A stretch of DNA of 64,000 nucleotides from Macrostomum lignano (Eukaryota), in the NCBI GenBank assembly GCA_002269645.1, contig NIVC01001591.1, forward strand, positions 62,001-126,000, given 5' to 3'. This document shows positions 37,175 through 49,100 of this stretch, piece by piece (within the stretch, counting starts at the first letter, position 1; every line of letters starts with the position of its first letter). The notes under the pieces were generated by a model. That model was given only the letters and a program-made list of their open reading frames with translations. It did not search any database and was not told the origin of the DNA. A program made the position numbers and the translations under genes.

Positions 37175-40100
37175 ATGGCGAAGTACTCAGACTTTGTTGG
37201 CTCCAATGTCAAGCAGAATGGGGTCGATGATATGGTGCTTATACCTCGAATTAATGAGGCCGCCATCACTGACAACTTAAAGATTCGATTTCTGAACAAT
37301 GCTATTTATGTGAGCTCATAATTTCTTCTGTTTTTGTCATTTGAAAATTATCATGAGTAAGATTTCAACTGAAAGCACCTAATTTAGACTCAGCAACATC
37401 TTGGTACTGATGACTCATATTTAATATGTTATACCATAATTTTAATTTCCACAGACCTACATTGGACCTGTGCTGATTGCAGTTAACCCATTCAAAGATG
37501 TGAAAATCTTTGACGATAAATTCATCGACATGTACCAGGGCTCTGTGAGTTGCTTTTTGATACACAAAATGCATTAGAACTGCCATCATAAACTTTTTAA
37601 TAATTTCTAAATAAAACTTTAGGCCCTGTTCGAGAATCCGCCGCATATTTTTGCAATCGCCGATCACATGTACAGAAGCATGGTGTCCGAAATGGAGAAC
37701 CAGTGCGTTATTATCAGGTAAGAGTTGCTGGTGGCAGCTCAAGGGGTCGTCATGAGATTCAAAATTCCCATCCCATGACAGCCAACCCCCAGTGCACAGA
37801 GACTGTACATGCTTGACGATTAGAAAGTCAGGGCCTCATTTTCCTCTCGGTGCGACCTTTGACTCTGTGAAATTCGCAAATTTGCAATATGCTTAATTTA
37901 CTAATAGTAGCTAAATCGCTTTTTCAAATATAAAAAAGTGGCGAAAGCGGCGCAGGAAAGACCGTCAGCGCCAAGTTGATCATGAACTACGTCTCAAAAG
38001 TATCCGGCGGCTCGGGCCGTGTCGAAGAAGTTAAAGAAGTCATTTTGGAGTCCAATCCGCTGTTGGAAGCTTTTGGCAACGCGAAAACTGTGCGGAATAA
38101 CAATTCAAGTCGATTTGTGAGTTCTCAATGGCGCATGGAAGTTCGAATTTTTATATACAAAAATTCAATATCGAAAAATGAAACAAGGAATATTGACTGC
38201 ATTGCATGAAATCCTTGCTTTAACTCTCTCACCTCTCTCCCTCTCCCTCTCTCCCTCTCTCCCTCTCTCTTCCTCTCCTCTCTCTCCCCTCTCTCCCTCT
38301 CTTTTTCTCTGTCTCCATCTCACTCCCTCTCCCTGTCTCCCCCTCTACCTCTCCTCTCTCTCCCTTTCATTGTCTCTCTCCCTCTCTCTCCCTCTCTCCC
38401 TCTCTCTCCCTCTCTCCCTCTCCCTCTCTTTCTCTCTGTCTCCATCTCACTCCCTCTCCCTGTCTCCCCCTCTACCTCTCCCTCTCTCTCCCTTTCATTG
38501 TCTCTCTCCCTCTCTCTCCCTCTCTCCCTCTCTCCCTCTCTCTCCCTCTCTCCCTCTCCCTCTCTTTCTCTCTGTCTCCATCTCACTCCCTCTCCCTGTC
38601 TCCCCCTCTACCTCTCTCTCCCTCTCCCTCTCTCTCTCCATCTCTCTCCCTCTCTCTCTCCTTTTCACCCTCTCTTCAACTGCTGCTTCCGCATAGCCTA
38701 GCGGGTTGCAGCCCAGTGGTTTGAGCATCGGAACTCACAACTAAAAAGTCGGGGGTTCGATTCTCGACCTACTTTGGAACAATTTGAGTCCTTGAGAAAG
38801 ACGCTTACATGTAACTTTGCATTGCTTCAGTTCACCCAGCTGTAAAATGGGTGCCAGCATTAGCTGGGGTAATTGAGGCTGTGTGTGGCGACCCCCCAGT
38901 CCTTGGACTGAACAGCCGTACGCAGCCTTCAGATGCGCCGCGCAATAGCTGTGGCTGAGCTGTCGGTTGCACATCTGGAATCCGTGATATGATACAACTA
39001 AAATACAAAAAACATCAAAACGGCCCATTTCAGGGCAAGTACGTTGAAATTCAGTTTAGCCGAGGCGGCGAACCAGTCGGAGGAAAAATCTCTCAATTCT
39101 TATTGGAAAAATCGCGTGTTGTGCTGCAAAACTCGGGCGAACGAAATTTTCACATCTTTTATCAGCTTTGCCGCGGCACCAGACCGGAAATGAAAGGTTT
39201 GAAAATATTTGTTTAAATTCATGAATTTTTTCTACATGGTTTTTTCACATGATTGGTTGCTCGCCTTCAATGCAGCCGCATTTAATCTGGCCGGACCCGA
39301 GTGCTTCTCCTACCTGAACCAGAGCGGCTCATTTGACGCTGACGGCATTGACGATGTGAAGGAATTTGGCGAAACTCTGGTGAGACATTCTCTTTCCGAA
39401 ATTGCTTTTTTTGTCGCTGTCAAATCTTTGTATTCAGGCTCGTGACAGCTGGCTGCAGTCTCAGTCCGCATATTGAGCTGCTTTTTTCGCGATCTCAACC
39501 CTCTGATCTCTGATCTCACTCTCTCAGATCTCTGATCTCACCCACTCAGATCTCTGATCTCATCCACTCAGATCTCTGATCTCACCCACTCAGATCTCAG
39601 ATCTCTCCCTCTCAGATCTCTGATCTCACCCACTCAGATCTCAGATCTCTCCCTCTCAGATCTCAGATCTCACCCACTCAGATCTCAGATCTCTCCCTCT
39701 CAGATCTCTGATCTCACCCACTCAGATCTCAGATCTCACACTCTCAGATCTCAGATCTCAGATCTCTCCCTCTCAGATCTCATCCCCTCAGATCTCTGAT
39801 CTTACCCTCTTAGATCTGTGATCTCACCTTCTCAGATCTCTGATCTCACCCTCTTAGATCTCAGATCTCACTCTCTCCGATCTTGATCTCACCCTCTCAG
39901 ATCTCAGACCGCACCCTCTCAGATCTCTAATATCACCCTCCTAGACTTTTGATCTCACCCTCTCAGATTTATTGTCTCTTCCTCTTGGATCTCTGATCCT
40001 ACCCTCTTAGATCTCCGATCTCACCCTCTTAGATCTCCGATCTCACCCTCTTAGATCTCGGATCTCACCCTCTCAGATCTCGGATCTCACCTCTTAGATC

Positions 40101-43100
40101 TTCGATCTCACCCTCTTAGATCTCCGATCTCACCCTCTCAGATCTCGGATCTCACCTCTTAGATCTCCGATCTCACCCTCTTAGATCTACGATCTCACCC
40201 TCTCAGATCTCTGACCCCACACTCTCAGATCTCATCCTCTCACATCTCAGATCTCATCCTCTTATATCTCTGATCTCGCCCTTTCATATCTCTGATCTCA
40301 CCCTCTATCTTACTCTCATATCTCAGATCTCACCTTCTCACATCTCAGATCTCTTCCTCTCAAATTTGATACCCCGTCTGATTTCTCTTCTTCTTTCATT
40401 ATTTTTCCGCCAATTTTCTGATCAAATTTACATATCATGGCGCAGTGAAACGCTATTTCCTATACTATCTGCAGTTTGTTTAGAATGGTTTTACATTTAA
40501 ATTCTTGTAAATTATACCTAATACGCAAGAACCATGCAAACACGGCAGATATGTTGGATTCCGACAATTTTTACAATTTCGCTCACTTACGGCAAGCGCT
40601 TGTATTGCGCACAATTCATCAGCCATAATATAAACGAATCCAGTTGTCTCGCCCTCTTCTCACCTCTCCCTGTGTACAGTTCACAGGCTAAATTTGGACA
40701 AACTTTTTATTGAGCCATTTTATTTATCTTGTTTAGTTTATCATCTGCATAGCTGTCCACTCCGCTAACCCCCCCCCACTCCGTAACCCCCTCATCTGCA
40801 TTTTCCATCTGTGTTCTTAGAGAAAGACGGAGAAAGATCAGCGTAGCCAGTCGTTTTATAGAGAAGCAGACAGGGACTTCCCTAGACGCTAGCGACCAAA
40901 TCAGCCTTTGACGAACCAAAGTTGGGAAACTCGAAAGTGAAGGATCCGCATTTTGTTTTGGACACAAAAATAAGGAGCGCCAATTATAGGGCGCCAAAAT
41001 AAGGAGCGTCAACTATAGGGCGCCAAAATAAGAAGCGCTAAAATAAAGAGCGCCAACTATAGGGCGCCAAAATAAGGGGCGCCAACTATAGGGCGCCAAA
41101 TAAGGAGCGCTAAAATAAAGAGCGCCAACTATAGGGCGCCAAAATAAGGGGCGCCAACTATAGGGCGCCAAATAAGGAGCGTCAACTATAAGGCGCCAAA
41201 ATAAGAAGCGCCAACTATAGGGCGCCAAATAAGGAGCGTCAACTATAAGGCGCCAAAATAAGAAGCGCCAAAATAAGAAGCGCCAACTATAGGGCGCCAA
41301 ATAAGGAGCGTCAACTATAAGGCGCCAAAATAAGAAGCGCCAAATAAGGAGCGTCAACTATAAGGCGCCAAAATAAGAAGCGCCAAATAAGGAGCGTCAA
41401 CTATAAGGCGCCAAAATAAGAAGCGCCAAATAAGGAGCGTCAACTATAAGGCGCCAAAATAAGAAGCGCCAAAATAAGGAGTGCCAACTATAGGGCGCCA
41501 AAACAAGGAACGTTAACTATAGGGCGCCAAAATAAGAAGCGCCAACAAGGGCGTAACTATGTAATTATATGGTAAACTTTCAACAAGAATTTAAAGAATT
41601 GGTTCTAGTGCTTCTAGTCCAGATTTTCAAAGATCCTTGACCGTATTAGGTGTGGGTTATAATTATCTGAGACAGTACAGGGTGCAGTGAACATTAATTG
41701 CATTTATAAACTGCTGGATGGAACTTCATTCAATATAGAGATGTTTTACTGGTTTAAGTAATAGAATTTTCGGCGTTTATAGTGTCTAAAAATAGTGAAT
41801 CATTTTTCTATAATAATTACCAGTTATTTTTTTCCACACAAAAATAGAGCCAGCTACTATGTAGCTCATAATACAATAATAGAAGCTGATATGCACGCAC
41901 CAGTTTGTACATTCTCACTACTCTACTTGCTAAGTAGAAATATAAACAAATAGCTGCCTTTATTGTATTAAATTTAGAAAAAAAGAACAGGACAAATTCA
42001 ACAACAAGTTTCGTTTTAACGGGGTTATGAATTTTGCTTGAACTTTTTTTTAATTCAGCACGCAATGGAAGTGATGGGCATGGATGAGTCAGTTCAAGAG
42101 GACATCATCAGCGTGCTTAGCGGAATTTTGCACCTGGGCAATGTGCAGTTTCGCTCAGCCGCCGGCGACGATCAAGTCGACGTGGTGGACGTTCGCCAAC
42201 TGGAGAGCCCGGCTGCGTTTCTGCAGATCGACTGCGAGACTCTGCGGCTGAAGCTCACCAGCCGGCTGATGGAGAGCAAGTGGGGTGGCAAGTCTGAGAA
42301 CATCAATGTTCCGCTCAACCAGGAGCAGGCCTGCTATACTAGGGATGCGCTGGCCAAGGGCCTGTACTCAAGGCTGTTCGACTTCATTGTTGAGGTAAGA
42401 ATCGGCCCTTGAATCGATCCTGAAGAATCGCCCATGAACTTGGCCTGAAGAATCGCCCCTGAACTGGCCCTGAAGAATCGCTCCTGAACCAATACTGAAG
42501 AATCGCCCCTGAACCGATCCTGAAGAATCGCCCCTGAACTGGCCCTGGAGAATCGCCCCCTGAACCGATCCTGAAGAATCGCCCCTGAACCGATCCTAAA
42601 GAATTGCCCCTGAACCGATCCTGAAGAATCGCCCCTGAACCGATCCTGAAGAATCGCCCCTGAACCGATCCTGAAGAATCGCCCCCTAAATAGATCCTGA
42701 AGAATCGCCCCCTGAATTGATCCTGAAGAATCGTCCCTGAACCGATCCTGAAGAATCGCCCCCTGAATAGATCCTGAAGAATCGCCCTTGAATCGATCCT
42801 GAAGAATCGCCCCCTGAACCGATCCTGAAGAATCGCCCCTGAACCAATCCTGAAGAATCGACCCTCCCTGAACTGGCCCTGAAGAATCGCCCCTTGAACT
42901 GGCCCTGAAGAATCTCCCCTGAACCAATCCTGAAGAATCGACCCTCCCTGAACTGGCCCTGAAGAATCGCCCCTTGAACTGGCCCTGAAGAATCTCCCGT
43001 GAACTTGGCCCTGAAGAATCGCCCCTGAACTGGCCCTGAAGAATCGCTCCTAAACTGGCGCTGAAGAATCTCCCCTGAACTGATCCTGAAGAGTCGCCCC

Positions 43101-46100
43101 TGTACCGATCCTGAAAAATCGCCCCTGAACTTGGCCTGAAGAATCGCCTGAAGGATTGACTTTGGTAACCCAAAAAATCGCCTCCAACAGTCCGTCAACA
43201 AGGCGATGGTGACCCAAGGCAGCGAGGTCAACGTTGGCATCCTGGACATCTACGGCTTCGAAGTGTTCAGACAGAACGGATTCGAACAGTTCTGCATCAA
43301 CTACGTGAACGAGAAGCTGCAGCAGATCTTCATCGAGCTGACGCTCAAAGCTGAGCAAGAGGAGTACCGCCAGGAGGGCATTCAGTGGTCGGAGATCCAA
43401 TACTTCAACAACAAGGAGATCTGCGAGATGATTGAGTCGAAAAACCCACCAGGAATATTTTGTGTACTTGACGACGTCTGCGCTACAGTGCACGCGGTGA
43501 CTGAAGGCATCGACAGCAAATTCTGCCAGAAATTGGCTGGCACCTTCAGCTCCTACAGGTGACTTTGGAGGCCTTCGTTGAGTGCTAACTACTCGCTAGG
43601 AGCTGTGACAGACAGGCAGACGCTGAGACAGATTCAGGCAGACACTGTTACATTAGCACATTCAAAGTTATGCTTCACATACTTAAGCGTTGTAAAAATA
43701 TTGTTGCTAGAATTATAATTAAGACTCAAATGCCACCAGAATTGGGTTTCAAATCGGCGCCAAAATTTGGTTTCAAATAGGCGCCAAAATTGGGTTTTAA
43801 ATCGGCGCCAAAATTGAGTTTTAAATCGGCGCCAAAATTGAGTTTCAAATCGGCGCCAAAATTGGATTTCAAATCGGCGCCGAAAGGGAATTTTAAATCA
43901 ACGCGAAAATTGGGTTTTAAATCGGCGCCAAAATTGAGTTTTAAATCGGCGCCAAAATTGAGTTTCAAATCGGCGCCAAAATTGGATTTCAAATCGGCGC
44001 CGAAAAGGAATTTTAAATCAGCGCGAAAATTGGGTTTTAAATTGGCGCCAAAAGTTAAAATTCAATTCGAAGCTTGAAGTAAAAATGTTTAAGCAACAGA
44101 GTTAGTAAAGAATGAATCTGAATTCTCATTTCAGGTATTTCAGCTACGCCACAGACCAGTTCACCATCAGCCACTACGCCGGCTCCGTGCAGTACTCTCC
44201 GTCGGGTTTCTGCGAGAAAAATCGCGACGCTCTGAACAACGACTTGCTGCTGCTGATGCAGAGCAGCTCAAACGCTTTCATTCGAGCTCTGTTCCCGGAG
44301 AAAGTTCAGGACAGGTCAAGGCCAACCACGGCTGGTACGAAGATTCGTAGTCAGGCCAATCGGCTGGTGAAAACTCTGATGAGCTGCACTCCGCATTACA
44401 TCCGGTGCATCAAGCCTAACGAGACTAAGAAGCCGGGCGATTTTGATATGGAACGGGTGAAGCACCAGGTGATGTACCTGGGACTCAAAGAGAACATCAA
44501 CGTACGTCGGGCCGGTTTCGCCTATCGGAGGCCGTTCGATAAATTTCTGAAACGGTGAGCGCTTTTTTTCAAAGGATTTTTTACAATCGTTGGGGGTTCT
44601 TTTCTTTGACATTTTTACAATTCTTTTACAAAAGAGGGTTGTAGTCTAGTGGTTAGAGCATCGGACTCACGACTGGAAGGTCAGGGATTCAATTCTCGAC
44701 CCACTCGAAACAATTTAATTAGCTGTAAAATGGGTGCCAGCATTAGCTGGGGTAATTGAGGGTGCGTGTGGCGACCCCCCACCCCCAGTCCTTGGACTGA
44801 ACAGCCGTACGCAGCCTTCAGATGCGCCTTGCAATAGCTGCGGCTGAGTATTGGAATGTACAGTTTACCTGCCCCTGCCTCTCTTCCCCCTTTTCGCTCT
44901 GTACTGTACACCCGCTTTATCGATCGCCCCAACCCCCTTTTTTGACTCATCAATGCTAGGCCAACCCCTTTCCCCCATGCCTTATCTATAAATATCTCTG
45001 ATTAACTTGGTTGCTGATTTCTCAAATAGCCATTCATTAGCGGTTTGTGATCACGATAATTGGTCCAAGGGGTTGTGAGTCCAAGCGATTCACAGATCAA
45101 GGCACAGACAGTACATGCCTGAAGATTAGAAAGACAGGGCCCTTGTACACCCTGTGAGAGAGTGCATATGAGTGCATGTTAGGAGCCAGGGAAATGGGTA
45201 GAATAGCCTTACATGTACAAGCGCCAGTTGTGGCACGATATCGCCGAGAAGTCGTTGCCCAAATCCCACAAGACTGTAATCTGATGAAACCGATATGTAT
45301 CGTAATTAACTTTACAAAGAACTGACCGAAAACTTTTAGCTACGCCATCCTCACCAAAGAGACTTGGCCTCAATGGCGCGGCGATCCCAAGGAAGGCATC
45401 AACCATCTGATGGCTCACGTGGCGATGGACAGGGCGCAGTGGCAGCTGGGCAAGACTAAACTCTTCATCAAGAGTCCAGAATCTGTAAGTGAAAATAATC
45501 CTGCTCCTATTCTTAACTTAATCCAATCCAGAATAAAAAACATTTGAATTTTAAACACCGGAATTTCAAGTATCAAAATTTGAAATCCAAAAAACTCGAA
45601 ATCCTATGATTCGAAACCCCAAAATTCGAATTCTTAAAACTTGAGATCTAAAATTTAAATCCCGAAATTTAAATCCCGAAATTCGAAATCCCAAAATTCG
45701 AAGTCCTGAAATTCGAAATCCCGAAATTCGAAATCCCAATATCCGAAGCCACCAATTTTGAGATCCCATGATTTCAAATCCTATTAAGTCGAAATCCCGA
45801 AATGGCCGACTCAATCCGCCAGCTCTTCATGCTCGAAGACGAGCGCCAGCGCCGGTTCGACCACTACGCCCGGGTCATCCAGAAAGCCTTCAGGTCGCAC
45901 AATTCCGATCGAGCGGTCAGCAATCTGCGGAGTCGAGCTCGCGACCTCTACCACGGCAAGAAAGAGCGGCGCTGGTGCAGCCTCTACAGGCAGTACGTCG
46001 GCGACTACATCGGGCTCGATGAGCACCCGGGACCCACCGCCTGCCTTCGCCGGGAGAAACTGCTGCGCAAGAAGGACAAAGTGTTATTCGCTGAGACTGT

Positions 46101-49100
46101 GGTGAAATATGACAGGCGCTTCCGGCCGGTGAACAGGGATCTGCTGCTGGCCGCGGACCGACTCAGCATCATCGGGCGCGAGCTGGTCAAGAAGGGACCG
46201 CAGAAGGGACAGATTCTTGAGGTGTGGGATTTGTCTGTTTGTCTGCTGGTCCTCAGGGCCACCAGCCTCCCAGATCCTCAGTTGCTGGGCCACCAGCCTC
46301 CCAGATCCTCAGTTGCTGGGCCACCAGCCTCCCAGATCCTCAGTTGCTGGGCCACCAACCTCCCAGATCCTCAGTTGCTGGGCCACCAGCCTCCCAGATC
46401 CTCAGTTGCTGGGCCACCAACCTCCCAGATCCTCAGTTGCTAGGCCACCAGCCTCCCAGATCCTCAGTTGCTAGGCCACCAGCCTCCCAGATCCTCAGTT
46501 GCTGGCCACCAGCCTCCCAGATCCTCAGTTGCTAGGCCACCAGCCTCCCAGATCCTCAGTTGCTGGGCCACCAGCCTCCCAGATCCTCAGTTGCTGGGCC
46601 ACCAGCCTCCCAGATCCTCAGTTGCTGGGCCACCAGCCTCCCAGATCCTCAGTTGCTGGGCCACCAACCTCCCAGATCCTCAGTTGCTGGGCCACCAGCC
46701 TCCCAGATCCTCAGTTGCTGGGCCACCAACCTCCCAGATCCTCAGTTGCTAGGCCACCAGCCTCCCAGATCCTCAGTTGCTAGGCCACCAGCCTCCCAGA
46801 TCCTCAGTTGCTGGGCCACCAGCCTCCCAGATCCTCAGTTGCTAGGCCACCAGCCTCCCAGATCCTCAGTTGCTGGGCCACCAGCCTCCCAGATCCTCAG
46901 TTGCTGGGCCACCAGCCTCCCAGATCCTCAGTTGCTGGGCCACCAGCCTCCCAGATCCTCAGTTGCTGGGCCACCAACCTCCCAGATCCTCAGTTGCTGG
47001 GCCACCAGCCTCCCAGATCCTCAGTTGCTGGGCCACCAACCTCCCAGATCCTCAGTTGCTAGGCCACCAGCCTCCCAGATCCTCAGTTGCTAGGCCACCA
47101 GCCTCCCAGATCCTCAGTTGCTGGGCCACCAGCCTCCCAGATCCTCAGTTGCTAGGCCACCAGCCTCCCAGATCCTCAGTTGCTGGGCCACCAGCCTCCC
47201 AGATCCTCAGTTGCTGGGCCACCAGCCTCCCAGATCCTCAGTTGCTGGGCCACCAGCCTCCCAGATCCTCAGTTGCTGGGCCACCAACCTCCCAGATCCT
47301 CAGTTGCTGGGCCACCAGCCTCCCAGATCCTCAGTTGCTGGGCCACCAACCTCCCAGATCCTCAGTTGCTAGGCCACTGCCTCCCAGATCCTCAGTTGCT
47401 GGGCCACCAGCCTCCCAGATCCTCAGTTGCAGGGCCACCAACTTCCCAGATCCTCAGTTGCAGGGCCACCAACCTCCCAGATCCTCAATTGCTGGGCCAA
47501 CCTCCCAGATCCTCAGTTGCTGGGCCAGTCTCCCAGATCCTCAGTTGCTGCTCCAGCAGCCTTCCAGATGCTGTTTCTGGGCCAGCCTTCCAGATCCTCA
47601 GTTGCTGGGCCACCAGCCTCCCAGATCCTCAGTTGCTGGGCCATCAGCCTTCCAGATGCTGTTGCTGGGTAAGTCGAATCAAAAGATTCTAAAACGTCAA
47701 CTCGCAGGTCATCAAACGCTCGGTGGCCGTCTCGGACATCCTATCGCTGCACCTGTCTCCCTATCAAGACGGCTTCCTTGTGGTGAAATGTCGCGATGGA
47801 GACGATTCTCTGCTCGAAGTGGCGTGCAAAACCGAGTTGCTCCTGCTGCTACTCGAACGGAACCCGGATTTGAAAATCGACTTCAGCACCAGCGTGGAGT
47901 TCTCGCTGCCGAAACGGGGCCTGCTAGGCAGGACCACCCGGCGGGTGAACTTCGTGTGCGACAGGGCTCGAGTCCGCCAGCCTGACTCGGTGCACGATCG
48001 GCGAGTTGCCACGGACGACTCGGCTCGGGTCGTGCTCAAGTCTTCGGGAATCGGTGAGGTTTTTTTCCTGTACTGTTTGAATTATTTCCAAGAATCGCCT
48101 TTAAGCAGTTAGAGAATCAATCGTTCTTGAGCAGTTCCAAGAATCGCCCCTGAGCAGTTCTGCAAAGAATCGCCCCTGAGCAGTTCTGCAAAGAATCGCC
48201 CCTGAGCAGTTCTGCAAAGAATCGCCCCTGAGCAGTTCTGCAAAGAATCGCCCCTTAGCAGTTCTGCAAAGAATCGCCCCTGAGCAGTTCTGCAAAGAAT
48301 CGCCCCTGAGCAGTTCTGCAAAGAATCGCCCCTGAGCAGTTCCAAGAATCGCCCTGAGTAGTTCTGCAAAGAATCGCCCCTGAGCAGTCCGAAGAATCGC
48401 CCTGAGCAGTCCGAAGAATCGCCCTGAGCAGTCCGAAGAATCGCCCTAAGCAGTTCAAAGAATCGCCCCTGAGCAGTTCTAAAAATCGCCCCGTGAGCAG
48501 TTCTGCAAAGAATCGCCCCTGAGCAGTTCAAAGATCCAATTCTAATTAGTCTACTATCAGTAGAAAGACGATTTTTTTACAAAAATCCTGCAGGCGGCAG
48601 GGGCGGCCTCACTGTCACGGTTGGCTCCGGCCTGTCCAACACAACGGACGCGTCGGGTCCCCGGTCCAAGCAGGCTGGTGGCGGCGGGCAACGCGCCGTC
48701 CGTCAGCAGCCGCAGGTCATCGATTCGCGCCTCCCGCCAGCCGGCCAGCTGCCCACGGCCAGGCGCCGGTCGCGAGACAACAACAGCGGCACCAGCGAGC
48801 GGCAGCAGCAGATCGCGCAACGCCGGCAAAGTTCTGCAACCACCGCAGCCAGCGGCAAGCTGCCGAAACCGACGCCCGCCCAGCGACAGCAGCGACAACA
48901 GCCGAATCCGAATCCGAATCCGAATCCGCCGCCAATTCTCACTGACAGCGTCATCTATCAGGCTGTGCAAAAGCCGGGCCCGCCGAGGCCGCCAGTGCCG
49001 CGTCAGAAGCCGCCGCCTCCGCCGCCGACCGCAGTGCCGCGCTGTGTCGCTCTGTGGGCATACGACGCGCAGGACACCAACGAGCTCAGCTTTAACGTTG

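Noticed and set aside
38703-44710. Possible functional tRNA genes at 38703 and 44636
   Set aside because: Imperfect stems and continuation into a shared non-tRNA body indicate SINE heads.
45275-45315. CTGATGA followed by a short hairpin, resembling a hammerhead ribozyme
   Set aside because: No GAAA core after stem II and no supportable stems I and III.
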